Assembly (NCBI GenBank): GCA_002633005.1
Contig: NMRA01000113.1
Coordinates: forward strand, 812,556-876,555
Direction of reading: 5' to 3'
Origin: Phoronis australis
Lineage: Eukaryota > Animalia > Phoronida
DNA length: 64,000 nucleotides
Numbering within the stretch: the stretch's first letter is position 1; each line of letters opens with the position of its first letter. Below, in pieces: positions 1-11,840 of this stretch. Both the position numbers and the translations under genes were made by a program. The notes beneath the pieces are model-generated. The model saw only the letters and a list, made by a program, of their open reading frames with translations. It had not been told where the DNA came from and did not search any database.

Positions 1-2275
1 CAAACAGCAGATGCAATAATTCAGCTGATCCCATGGAAATTGTTTCACCTCCCCCGGATTCTAATTCTTGTTCGAGATCGTTTATAAATAAAATAAACAA
101 AAACGGTGATAGCTGAGAGCCTTGTTTTAGACCATTATGACAATCAAAGAACTCCGTGTAGCTTCCGTTACTCATTTTCACGCACGCTTTTACTTCAGCG
201 TACATTGCTTTTATTATCTTATACATCTTACCTTCTATGCGATTGTTTCTTAATTTAAAATACAATGCGCTTCTATATATACTGTCATAAGCTGCCTTAA
301 AATCCACGAAAGCACAATAGAATCTACCTTTATCTCGTGTCAAATATTTAATTATTAACGTATATAAAGCAAACATGTGATCCACCGTACTGTGTCCTTT
401 CCTAAACGCAGCTTGAGACATACTAATTACGTTTTCTCTTTCCGACCATTTTTGAAGTCGCTGGCACAATATTTTTTCGAATATTTTGGCCGTGACTTGC
501 ATGAGGGATATTCCTCTGAAATTTTCAGGAATTTTGGTACCGCCCTTAAATATCGGTACTATAATGGATTTTGTCCATTCTTTTGGAAACACACCATTTT
601 TAAAAAAGTAGTTGTAAAGCTGGAACAGCGAATCTACCAACTTTTTATCAGCATACTTGTAGAACTCAATGCTAATTTTATCACATCCTGGCGAAGTTCC
701 ATCTTTCATACTACCGATGGTTTGTATAATTTCGTCTTTTGTGATTTCAGCGTCCAACTCCATATCAACAACTGCATTACTTGAATTGATGTCATTTTTT
801 ACTGAGTTCTCAATAAAAGCATGAAACTCAGCGAACTCCGGATTAGTAACAAAATATTGGCCTTCGAACAGAGAGCTGAAATAATTTATCCATTCCTCCG
901 GTTTAATATTCGTTGATACACCTTTCTTCTTAATATTAAATGCGCGCCAGAATTTTTTACTGTCTTTACTCTCCACAGCTGATTTCAAAGTTTTGTAATG
1001 TTTTCTTTTACACTCTATCTGTTTCACTTTTTTTAAGTTTCCATAATCCCTTCTAGCTTGTACATATAGAGTTCGGCAAATGTTTTCTCTCAGTGTTCCA
1101 ATACTGAATCTAAAATTACATAATTTTTGCCTAACGACAGCTCTCATCTCCCTACAATCAGCGTCAAACCATTTGGGAAAACTAACTGGGTTATAAGATA
1201 TGTTCACTTTTGGTTTTAACATGTCTGCAGCACATAATTTAATGGCTTCCATTAAACTTTCTACACTTGAATCTATGGTCGAGGGTAAATGACTCTGCAC
1301 GTCAGCGAGCAACTGATCCACCTCCGGGCTCGACCAGTTTTCTGCATATCTTAGGCTCAACCCCTCGTTCCATTTATAAACATTTTCATTCTGTTCACCT
1401 CGAGCCCAGTTGTTTTGCTGCGTCTTACACATACTAAAAATCAATGGAAAGTGCGCAGTCGATTCACATATTTCACCGATTTCAAAACCGTCCACACAGT
1501 ACAATAAATCCTTGCTCATCATGACATAATCAACAACACTAGATCCATTATAAGTTACACATGTTACACTACCAATGTCTGCATCTTTCCCTACTCTTCC
1601 ATTCAGAATTCTTATCTCATTTCTTTGACAAAAATCTAATAATTCTGTACCAAACTCATTTACCTCACCATTATCTTGTGAGGTCCTACAACACAGGCGA
1701 TCTTCTACATAACCAACACAATCAAAAATAGCACTGGATTCATCCATATACTTAATACTGTCATCTGCAATAAAGTCTGGCCTGTTACGCGTACGAGCAT
1801 TAAAATCGCCCATAATTAAAAGGTGACAATCCCCTCTCATTTCAGCAGTATAACCTTGTACCTCCCGCTCAAGTGTTTTCATTATTTCCAAATTTTTACT
1901 TGAACTTTTTGGAGACTGATACACAACTGCAACTAAAACAGGATACAGATAATCGGGTAGGTCAATTTTTACCCATAAAACGTCACACGAACTTGAAGGA
2001 AGCCTAATAGCCCCCAATAAATCCTTACAAAATAATACTACACCGCCAGAATTCCGAAATGCTTGAGGGTGTTTATTTCTCACCGACCCAAAACACTGGT
2101 ACCCTTCCAGTGTAAACTCATCTTCATTCATTCCCCATGTTTCAACAAAAGCGATAATATCATATGTACATATCAAATTTACAAAATCAGATCTCTGTAT
2201 TTTATGCTTTAGACCTTCGATATTCCAACAAATAAATTTCCATGACGACTTGTCTTGCGGGCCTTGGCCTAACCT
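1..2275 (-). CDS. LINE ORF2, apurinic endonuclease plus reverse transcriptase (truncated by window edge)
   Basis: Manual translation is open from 2275 to 2. APE motifs: CWNIEGL, FVETW, SGGV, VYQSP, MGDFNAR, ILNGR, SVVDYV. RT motifs: SPGCDKI, NFRGISL, QAAFRKGHST, FVDFKAAYD, GLKQGSQLSPFLF, ending LLF at the edge where FADD is expected. Confidence 0.93.
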
Positions 2276-3079
2276 CTAGTGCTGGTCCGACTGAGCTTGA
2301 GACGAGCTGGCCATATGGAAAACCTGATCATCATGTTGAACAGCGGCTTCCGTTCGGGTTGATGGATGGCGTGGATCAGCATTAGTCGTGCGGGGTTTGA
2401 TTTTTACCATATCGTTCTCTTCTTCGTATACATATACCCTGCCATTATAGATTAGCTTGTTAAAGCTGATTTTAGCGTTTTCCATGTTGTTTGATTGTGA
2501 GAATTCGTACAGCTTTCTCCTTGCCTTCTTAACCCGGATTGAGAAGTCTTCTGTTATGAATATGTTGGGGTCCCTCACTTCTCTCCGTTTCCTCATTATT
2601 TTTTGCTTATCTTTCGAATTCAGTTTTGCTATTATGGGCCGCACTTTCCCCTGGGTTCTACGGCCCAGTCTGTGAGCTCTCTCTATGTTTATATCTACAA
2701 TGTTCAGCTGCTCCTTGAGAAACTCTTCCAGTTGCTTTTCCGATTCTTCCCAGGTTTCATTACCATTTTCAACCATGCCATGGAATATAAGGTTGTCTCG
2801 CCTGGATCGATTCTCTAAATCATCTAACTTTTCTTCCAGTGATTTGACCTGATCACGTAAAATAGAGTTCTCTTCCCTTGACGTGGCATACTCGCGTCTG
2901 AGAGACTCAAAATCGTTGGACAGCTTTTCGAACTTGTCGTTTATTATCTCTAATAGTTGACGGTTAGATATATCTGTAGTCTTCGGGCTCGTCTCACTTC
3001 TAGGCATATAGGACGAAATGCTTCGAGTCACTGACCTGTCACTGGCTGAAGGTGTTGTTGTCTTCCTAGACCCAGGCAT
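2276..3079 (-). CDS. LINE ORF1 protein (coiled coil plus RRM/CTD, L1-ORF1/Transposase_22-like)
   Basis: 267 aa with a heptad-rich coiled coil, then LENRSRRDNLIFHG, IERAHRLG, RPIIAKL and FITEDFS, the typical motifs of this ORF1 class. Confidence 0.92.
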   Translation of the reverse strand: MPGSRKTTTPSASDRSVTRSISSYMPRSETSPKTTDISNRQLLEIINDKFEKLSNDFESLRREYATSREENSILRDQVKSLEEKLDDLENRSRRDNLIFHGMVENGNETWEESEKQLEEFLKEQLNIVDINIERAHRLGRRTQGKVRPIIAKLNSKDKQKIMRKRREVRDPNIFITEDFSIRVKKARRKLYEFSQSNNMENAKISFNKLIYNGRVYVYEEENDMVKIKPRTTNADPRHPSTRTEAAVQHDDQVFHMASSSQAQSDQH

Positions 3080-3732
3080 TATCGCTAATATTACGTAAGT
3101 AGGACAATTAATGGCGGACAGGGCGCGGTTATTCCTTCTTCCTCAGGTGCTCTACACACATACTAAATATTCACTTCTGAAGTGAGTAGCACACAATTTG
3201 TCAGCCTCCACGAGGTCACTGTGTTTATAATTGACAAAGAGTAAAAACATAAAACCCGATAACACACCACTGTCCAAAATCTATAATCCTGACTTTATTG
3301 TAGCAGCTTGTTTTTAAGAAGCACAAACTTCAGAAGCTCAATCAACATTACTCTGAACAAAATCTTGATAACAGCAATTTCAACATGTCAACTTAATATT
3401 CAAAACGAATTGACAGATATCATGTAAATCATTAAAAAACTTTTGTTTTCCATCACCCTACTTTCATGCCTCTGAGTTGGTTAAGTTGGTAGGTTAAGCC
3501 TTTTATTTTTTCATCTACCGTAGTTGTCAAAACAAGTATGCTTTTGTTGCAATTTTTTGTTTTTCAACTGAAAAACAACAATCTGTTACAGAGCAAATAA
3601 ATTTCTTTTCAAGTGTCGCACTAATTTTACAGTTAGTCCCACAAAGGGAAACAAACATAATTTCATTTATGCCCAATTAGTCCAGGAAACATAGCGCATG
3701 TTAAACAATTATTTATTCTTTATTCTCCTCAC

Positions 3733-3751
3733 CTTAAAGACTCGCATTAGG
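3733..3751 (-). other. Candidate 19-nt micro-exon of a minus-strand host transcript (CCTAATGCGAGTCTTTAAG, could start M-R-V-F-K)
   Basis: Flanked on the minus strand by acceptor TGTTTTTTCAG and donor AAG|GTGAGG. No homology recognised. Confidence 0.35.
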
Positions 3752-4129
3752 CTGAAAAAACATAATTGGTTGTGGTGTGTACCAGACTCATTTTGAGACC
3801 TGTGCTCACTGACTTCAAGCAAAAAGTTCCACATGCATCAATTTCAGCCAATGCCTCGTGTTTTTCAAAAAAATTTGCCCAGCTGCACAAAGACACATTA
3901 TCCAATAACCAAGGTTTGAAACGCTACGATTTGCCAAACAGTGCTCAAAAAGGCCACAAAGCGTGTTTTAGCCACTCAAACAGGGATGCACCATTTAAAA
4001 CTGATTGCTATCATGGAGGTGTGAAACAGCGTAATACTTGCCGCAACTTTTACAACTTTCGTTCTTGCTGCTGTCATTGTGCATAACAAATTACTTGTTT
4101 ATTGTGATGCCCACTGGTTGTTTATGTCG

Positions 4130-5360
4130 TAAAAAGTAAAATTGCCACAAGGCACAGTGTTAGTCGTTTGTTAGTCGGAACTGTCTGAAAGAAGTTGTCA
4201 TACGTTGCCACACTGGCCCATTACATAAAGATCCTACAAGGGGTTCAGGAGATACACCAGTGGATGCAAAAAGAAACTGCCACTAGGAGTCCCACAGAAA
4301 TTTCCTTTTTGAGCAGTTAAGTAATTAGAGGCCGACGCTAAAATCCTGAACATAATAAAAATGACTGTTAGGTGGTGTAGAATTTGTTTAATCTGTCCCA
4401 AAAAATAAAGTTGAATTAACAAAAACTTATTAGCAAATTTCAAGAAATTCTGTCAGACAACTCTGAACATACGGAGATGAACGTAAAAACTAAAATTGCC
4501 ACTAGGGGGCAGAGTGGCAGTCAGATCCACCAGAGTCATCATCATTAACTGTCACATTCATAGAAAAACGCCAAATTTCAGAATAAACCTGCAAGGGATA
4601 AGGAAATACAGCTACAGATTCAAAAAATCAAAATTTCTACTACGGGAGGCCTTAATAGTCAAACAGTGCAAAATCAACATCAACCCTAGTCTTCTCATCA
4701 GAAACACATCTGGCAATTTTCATAGTGATGCTTGGAGTGGTTTGGCAGATAGAAGGCGATGCCAAAATACAGATAAATAACAAAAATGGCCACTAGGTCA
4801 TGCAGAATAAGACGAATTCATGTGAAAATGGTAATATGTCGCTGTCTCTTTAATAGCAACCTTTTTACAAAATTTCATGCCAATTTGTCCAGGAAGACTG
4901 AAGACACAGAGGCAAACGTAACAAAAAATTAAAACAGCCACTAGAGGGATAGCGGTAGACGGAAACGTCATAAAGCCGTCGTGATTTGTAGTTACATTTA
5001 TACGTAAACACTCGACAAATTTCATAAAGATTCAGCTAGTCATCCACAGTCCCATTAGGGCATGTCACATCTGCCAATTTTCATGGCAATCCTTTGAGGA
5101 GTTTGGCAGCTAGACTGAGAGAGGCGATGCCAAAAACGGACTGAAAAACAACAAAAATGATGACTACTCGGTGGTGCAGAATATGTCAAATCCGTCGCAA
5201 AATAATAAGGTTAAATAGAAACCTATATGCTCAATTTCATGACACAGAGGCAAATGTAAAAAATTAAAATTGCCATCATCTGTCATCAGTGCCCAACACA
5301 TCTGCCAAATCTCATCAAGGTCCTGCAAGGGGTTTAGGAGATAGCCAATGCCCGACACTT
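4130..5360. repeat. Degenerate internally repetitive interspersed element
   Basis: Recurrent GCCACTAG(G) motifs near 4280, 4498, 4788 and 4937. Diverged duplicated blocks at ~4707-4820 and ~5068-5190, and at ~4231 and ~5320. Confidence 0.55.
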
Positions 5361-6005
5361 AAACAGAGATGAAACTGTGTGAATAACCTGTTTTTTCGCA
5401 CATGGCATTATGTAGACTGACTTGATACATCAGAGAACAATGTCAAAGTAATGATTGACTAACAACGCCCAATAACTGAGCAACTTTGGCTAGCAATTGT
5501 GCATTCGTTTACAATGCCGGGGTTTAAAGAGATGCAAAACAGAATGTTGTTGGCTACATGGTAATACAAATTGCCAATTACGAGCTCTAAACTGAAACCA
5601 TGAAGTTAGTTCTTCTTGTTGAGTCCATTTGCTAATTACTTGATATCATTCAATTTTAAACTTTGATCTTTTTAATTACTCGGACCAAGAACAAACAATT
5701 GTCATTAGATTGCTCGCAGACAAGTTAAGGATACTCGTTTAGCTTAATTTGCATTAAAATCAGTTCAAAATGATCATATTTAATCCACACTTCACTGATT
5801 ATGTCCTTAGCAACTCGATTATTTATCTTAAACTCCTCAAAGTACCCTGATGCATGTTTTGCATGAAAACACATTTTCATGGTCTGCCTTTTGCTGTAAG
5901 ACTTAAGATGAACAACTTTAAGTAACTAGGGCTAAACTGCTTTGAGTACTATGGTAACTAGCTATGGGTTTCTTACACTAGAATTAGCAGTAGACTTATA
6001 ATCTA

Positions 6006-7733
6006 CCGCAATCGTTCGGGTTAACGCCCATGCTCAGTTAACCGCCCACCCCCTACTTTAGGTGAATTTCGATTTAACCGCCCACTGCTCGGTTAACCGC
6101 CCCCCTGCTATTTTTGAAGATTTCCAATTAACCGCCCACTGCTCGGTTAACCGCCCATCCCCTACTTTTGACGATTGGTGATTACCGCCCTGTGCTAATA
6201 GGAAACGCGAATCCCCGACCTTTTAGATTAAGATCGATGATAACATTGAGTGCAACGACGGCCTCAGAGACCGCGGTTTAGCAATGTGAATTATGATACC
6301 AGTAACAAATTATTGTAACGGGTCATCGATTAACTTCAAAATGTAATACTTGAACACTTTGTCACTTTCTTTTCTTCTCATGTTCGCAAACTTTAGGAAC
6401 CGCGCTGGCGTCTACACCTCCACTTTCAGCCACAATCTCTGCCGCACTGAGTTATCGACTACAGTGCACTATATAAAAGATGCATTCGAAATAACCAGGT
6501 CAGAGAAATGTGACATTGCTTTTGCCAACCCTCTGAATGCGCTTTAGGTTGTAAGCTCTCGGGATTTTGAAGAATTCCCATAAACCGCGAAAAGTTGATA
6601 AATTCTTTATATTTTGGTGAGTGTAATTGCCGGGTTATCGAGATCCCCGTCTTTCGAGTACTCTCGTCACGGTAATTTCGTCGCATATAGTAAACCGGGG
6701 TTACTTACCCGAACAATTAAGGCTTCGTCTAAGAATTATTTTTACCGAGAATAGATGGTTTCATTTGCTAACAAAAGCTGCGTCTCGCAGTCGAAACGAA
6801 AACCGCAACGACGGTTGTTCAAGGTCGACACTGGAATCGGCCGACTTCTTGTTTGCTAAGTCGACCAGTAAAAACGCGAGTGTAGACAGAAACTCGTGTT
6901 TGTGTTTTGCAATGTAACTTGGTGGCAATTTTTTGAATGTAGAGTTTGTTAACAAAAAGTTTGTTATTGTATTTAGCCATTGAAAGGCCAGAGTACCGTA
7001 CATGTCAACTCCACATACCGGCAACATAAACAGGCGAATCGACAGTGCATGGCAGCTGAATAGTTGAACCCGATTTCGTGATTGATTATACATTTTTATG
7101 CTTTTTGACCATTCAGACCAGGAGTACATTCTGTTATCTCGAAATGATTTTGAACTGAAATTCGGAACTGCTGGTAGTCCTTGTCTACGTGACCGTCAGT
7201 TAAGTTGTTTATTATGGGAGTGCACTGATCACAGGAAAAATGGGTCAGCACGTGACCACAACTGGGTTAAAACGACAGCACAGCTACCGTCTGCTACGCA
7301 GGTGAACATGTTCAACGTCTGCGAAGTATAGTGAAATAATGAGCATAATTCGCAATAATCGGTCTCACCTGAGGCGCCATATTATGTAGCAAACTTTCTA
7401 TGCAAGCGTTCGGAGTTTGACCACACTCTACATTTTCGAAACTATTTGTTAATTAGAGTGCGCAGAGTACGCACTTGGTGGCGATAAAGTTCTTTTCAAA
7501 GTGTTAGGCGATCCCAGTATGTGGCTTAGTACGTGTGGTGACTCAGATCATAAGGTAAGATTAACCGCCCAGGGCGGTTGCCGGTCGTAATAAGCGCCCA
7601 TGTTCAGTTAACCGCCCCCCCCCCGATTTCTTGAAATTTCACGTTTAAGCGCCCATGTCTGGTTAACCGCCCACCCCCGATTTTTTGGGTTCGCCAATTT
7701 AACCGCCCAGGGCGTTAACCCGAACGATTACGG
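6006..7733. mobile_element. Non-autonomous DNA transposon, family A (TA-flanked, CCGTA termini, Tc1/mariner Tc2-like)
   Basis: TIR CCG(C/T)AATCGTTCGGGTTAACGCCC with TA on both sides and multiple subterminal TTAACCGCCC repeats. A second copy lies at 17928-20154. Confidence 0.9.
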
Positions 7734-9271
7734 TATATCTACCGTGGGTATGAGAATTGTTTTTCAGGCTGTGATTGGTTAATAATGTTGCTTATAGTGC
7801 CCTGTAGTACTCAACATACACAACACTTTAATCCGTGACTGGGAACTTCTCAGACAATCAATTATAAATATTTTATTCATCCATACAAGAAAAAAGTAAA
7901 TTGAAAGTATTCACAAAATATTCTGCTACAGTTTGTGGCCCAGACTACTTAGTGACGCACACAGATACAATACACCATCTTTTTCCTTTTCAACCTCATG
8001 TATAACAGTCACTCTAAGCATTTAGTCTTGATCTGCTGCTTTAGCCCAACCTCACATTGTTATGGGCTGCAGCGAATTTGTGACACAATGTGTAAAAGGC
8101 GGACATAAGTTGACAAACTGAGTTTATGAAACATTTTGAACCTAGGAAACCTATGCAGACAGTATTGGCTGTCCTATGTTTTTTACTTGAACCGAAAATA
8201 TGCCCTTGCATTAGTAAAGGAACTTGAGAATATAGATTAGAAGCTTAAGGAAAATAGATTTACTCAATAAACTAATAATGTCACATGTGCTCTGCTCTTA
8301 AGAAAAAACATATTGAAAGCTGGGTTTGTACATTTTGAAATTAAGTTTATGCCGACATGGTGTGTCTGAAGAAATGAGCACACAGTTAAGAAAATGAATT
8401 TGTGGAGCGTTTCACGTGGAATACAAACCATTCATAAGCGACCTAGTGCAAGTACAGAAAAGCAGGTTCCTACCAGCACAACCCATGAGATATTACTGAC
8501 TGGCTTACCACCAAACAAGGAAAATAGAAAATTGATCTCCAGAGTTATACATTAATTTGACAACTATTCATTATGTGACTTTCAACACTGATTACTAACC
8601 TCCACACATGTAGATCTGTAATCAATGGGAACAAGACAAGAGACTGGTCTAATCCAGACCCATTTAACACAGGGACAATACCCAGTAAAGGAAGTCTCTA
8701 ATTCCTGTGGTAAATATCTGGTCAATAACCTGACTTCAACTTTTCACCAAACAACAGCAGGTCCCACTGAATATCACAATATGGGATGCAAGTATTAAAT
8801 ATCAGCCACTAGACGTCTTGTTCTCAGTTTGTTTTTTATGCCCAAGCAAGTTTATGAGGTTTCACTGTACCTTGAAAAGTGAACTTTTAGAGCTTTAGCC
8901 TACACAACCCCAGCACAAACCAACAATAAGATCTTCCACTTATGAAAGCATTGAATGGTAATTCATAGAACTAATGAATGTAAGTTCTACATCATTACTT
9001 TCCATCATTCTCACCACGCTTTTTCAGTATTGTGCGCTTGACCAAGTTCAAATTTTGAGCCCCCACGTTCAAATTTGATTACCATACCCAATTTTTGATT
9101 GTCGTATCAATATTGTGACTCTAGTACTTTTAAGCGGTATCAACCTGTAAGTCACCATTGTCACATTTTTTGTACAGTAACCACAGGAGATTTGAAGTTC
9201 GATATTCTCATGAAAATTATTAAGCGTACCTTTAATCCAAAGTGTAGGCGCTAGGGTTTAAAATCTTAATT

Positions 9272-9771
9272 CAGGGCTTGGAATTTTCCGCGGAAACGTG
9301 GATTTCTGCTTTTTTCAAATGTGCTTTCTGCTTTTTTTATATTTCCGCATAAAAAAATCGGATTTGATATAAAATTTCCGCGGCAAATTCCTTTCTTACC
9401 GCGGCGTTGCAGACGACGTTCACCTCGAAAAGCGGAAGTTGCTCTTTATGTTTCGGAGGAACGTAAATTGTCAACATCGCCGGGGCATCTGGGACAGCGT
9501 GGCGGGATTTTCAATGGCGTCTCGTGTTATTGTTAAGCGCGGCGACAAATACTACCGCGCTGCAGCCAAAAATGTGTGGGTTGGGAGTGGACGGGCGAGC
9601 TAAAAGGACGCAGACGCATGCTACTGGTGGAGGTAACGTTTTTTTTTTCTTAGTCCTCCCGATTTTTGGGAAAGGTTCACATTTTCACATTGACCATTTC
9701 AAGGCTGGTTATCGGGGCCGTAAAAGTTTCAAAGTTTCCGCGTTTTTTGTCATTGGTCATTCCAAGCCCTG
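9272..9771. mobile_element. hAT-like MITE with 6-bp target duplication
   Basis: Perfect 13-bp TIR CAGGGCTTGGAAT/ATTCCAAGCCCTG with TTAATT on both flanks. Confidence 0.85.
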
Positions 9772-10496
9772 TTAATTCCTAGGTAAGAATATTTTTCAAT
9801 TTCATGGAGTCTTTTTTCATTGTTACAGAGTCAAGCTTTTGTTACCTCCAAAGTAAATAAAACAACAGCCAAACTCGACTGCGAAACCCAAAGTGCTTTT
9901 AATGCAATGCATATAATGAACAGTACCATCATACAAAGAATCGGTACCACGTAAGATACCCAAATTAGTCTATCAAAACCTCGGTTATAATAGCCATCTA
10001 TTCTCCCGTTTTCAGCAGGTGTTATATTGTGTGTATTGCTGTAAGTAATATTTTGCCAGACACACACATTTGCAACAGGTAAACTGAAAAGTGGACAACT
10101 TAATTATATAACACAGACATAACACAACATACAACTTGATTAGGTAATACACTCCCCTCTCCTGCATATGGAATTTCAAGACAATGAAGACAAGCGATCT
10201 TTCCTCTAGATGTATACACTGATTGCTGCCGATGTAAGATCTCACAAAATCAGCCATTGTCACACATGAATCAGAAGAATACAACCTGGTAGCGTATATT
10301 GCCGAGGCCGAGTCCTATGTCGACGAAGTATTGTCAACAAACTATGATCCAGAGGAAATATATATATTTTGAACATAAAATTCATATACATCCTTTGTAA
10401 GGTAATAATTTGCACCATTTTTTAAGCATTTGCCTGGTGGGACACACTGGCTCATCGGACCTTGCATCCTTTTCAATTTCAATTTCAATGTGTATA

Positions 10497-11840
10497 CCGT
10501 ATTCGCCGTAATAACCGCCCATGCCCCTATAAGTGCCCCCACACGCGTTTTCAGACTAAAATAAGCGCCCAGTCCATGAACGTGTACATGTGAAAAATGC
10601 CTTACCTACAGTCCTAAAATTCTACAGTAACGTCTTCAATTTATCAATAATATCCGACAGTCCTAAAAAAATCATTGTGCGCAGAATTAGTAGACCACGA
10701 GCCTCGCCGTTATGTCGGTATTTAGCCGTGACTATACACTTCAAACTTCCGCCATGCCTAAAAACTTTTCTTTGAAGGCCTACACGTGAAAACCCCCAAT
10801 TGAAGACTAATAAACAGCTTGGCCAGTGTTAAAAGCACGTGGCCAGGAAGCGCGATCTACATACATGAACCTGTCAACAAAGGCATTAGTCGGGAACTAT
10901 CCATTCATGAAACGGGTAGCATAGCATCGGCAAGAAATGAATATTGGCACTAAGTTTCTCGTACTATAAAAATTTTTGCGTTATTTTTAAAATGAATTGT
11001 TTGATTAACCATAATTGGTGTTTTTAAGCCAAATATCCGATAAAATAACCACTGACCACCCTTACACTGTCAGATAGTCAGGTACGCATCCAGCCACATG
11101 GCGACTAATATGGCCTTATCAAGACAAATGTCAAACGTTTTTAGCATGAGACCTGCAAGTGCTGAATGAAACACGCTCTGGTTTAGGCCTAATGCTTGTG
11201 CAAATTTCTTTAGATACAATGCACAACTAGTTTGTTAGATTGCATGGCTCTGGCCAAATGACAGTCTCTGCTCTGGCAAATGAACTCTGGTGACACGCAT
11301 GCGCTCGCTTACTCACAAACCCAGACAACTTCAAAACAAACGTCACGTGACAACAACGTGTGTTCGTCCAGACATTTTTCTCATACATGTAGATGGCACG
11401 ATATCAGCATAGATTTGTACTTAAACCTGCCGTGATCCCGACTCCACGGGAACTTAAAAATGTTAGGGACGCCAAACTTGGAAAACTTAAGGAGGATTTC
11501 AGGTAATTTGCTTGAGTGGAAACTGTATTTTTATTCAAGCATTCAAGTCGTCATAACGACGATTGCGAGGCAGGCAGTCGGCGAGTTTTCACCCTGGGAT
11601 TTCAGCACAATTTTCTGTAAAATGATCGTAATTTAGCAGCAAAGTTTGACAGCAATGCACCACGGTTTTGTAGAAAGTCTTTCATAGATTACAGATACAT
11701 CACAGAGCGAAAATATAATGAATCTTAGCTTCCGATTTCACCCGTTTCGGAGACCGGGTTTCAACGGCCTTGGATATAATAAGCACCCCCCTGAAACGAA
11801 CTTTCCTAAGCGCCCTGGGCGGTTATTACAGCGAATACGG
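10497..11840. mobile_element. Non-autonomous DNA transposon, family B (TA-flanked, CCGTA termini) with partial HIRAN remnant
   Basis: TIR CCGTATTCGC(C/T)GTAATAACCGCCCA with TA flanks. Colinear with 43479-44924 and, inverted, with 35580-36164. Confidence 0.9.

Larger units (their letters stand above)
1..3275 (-). mobile_element. Non-LTR retrotransposon (LINE), 5' part, apparently young; RTEX-like clade is a guess
   Basis: ORF1 followed by an APE-RT ORF2 with no stops or frameshifts in the window. The 5' boundary (~3275) is approximate and the 3' part runs off the left edge. Confidence 0.93.

Noticed and set aside
377-784. 135-aa plus-strand ORF
   Set aside because: It is an antisense shadow of the LINE RT frame, with no motif of its own.
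3733-3751. Arrestin N-terminus (RVFK)
   Set aside because: Only four residues match, and the exon boundary differs from the beta-arrestin VFKK exon as I recall it. No gene name was assigned.
9230-9250. 21-nt micro-exon candidate on the minus strand
   Set aside because: The polypyrimidine tract is weak and it abuts a MITE; support is insufficient.
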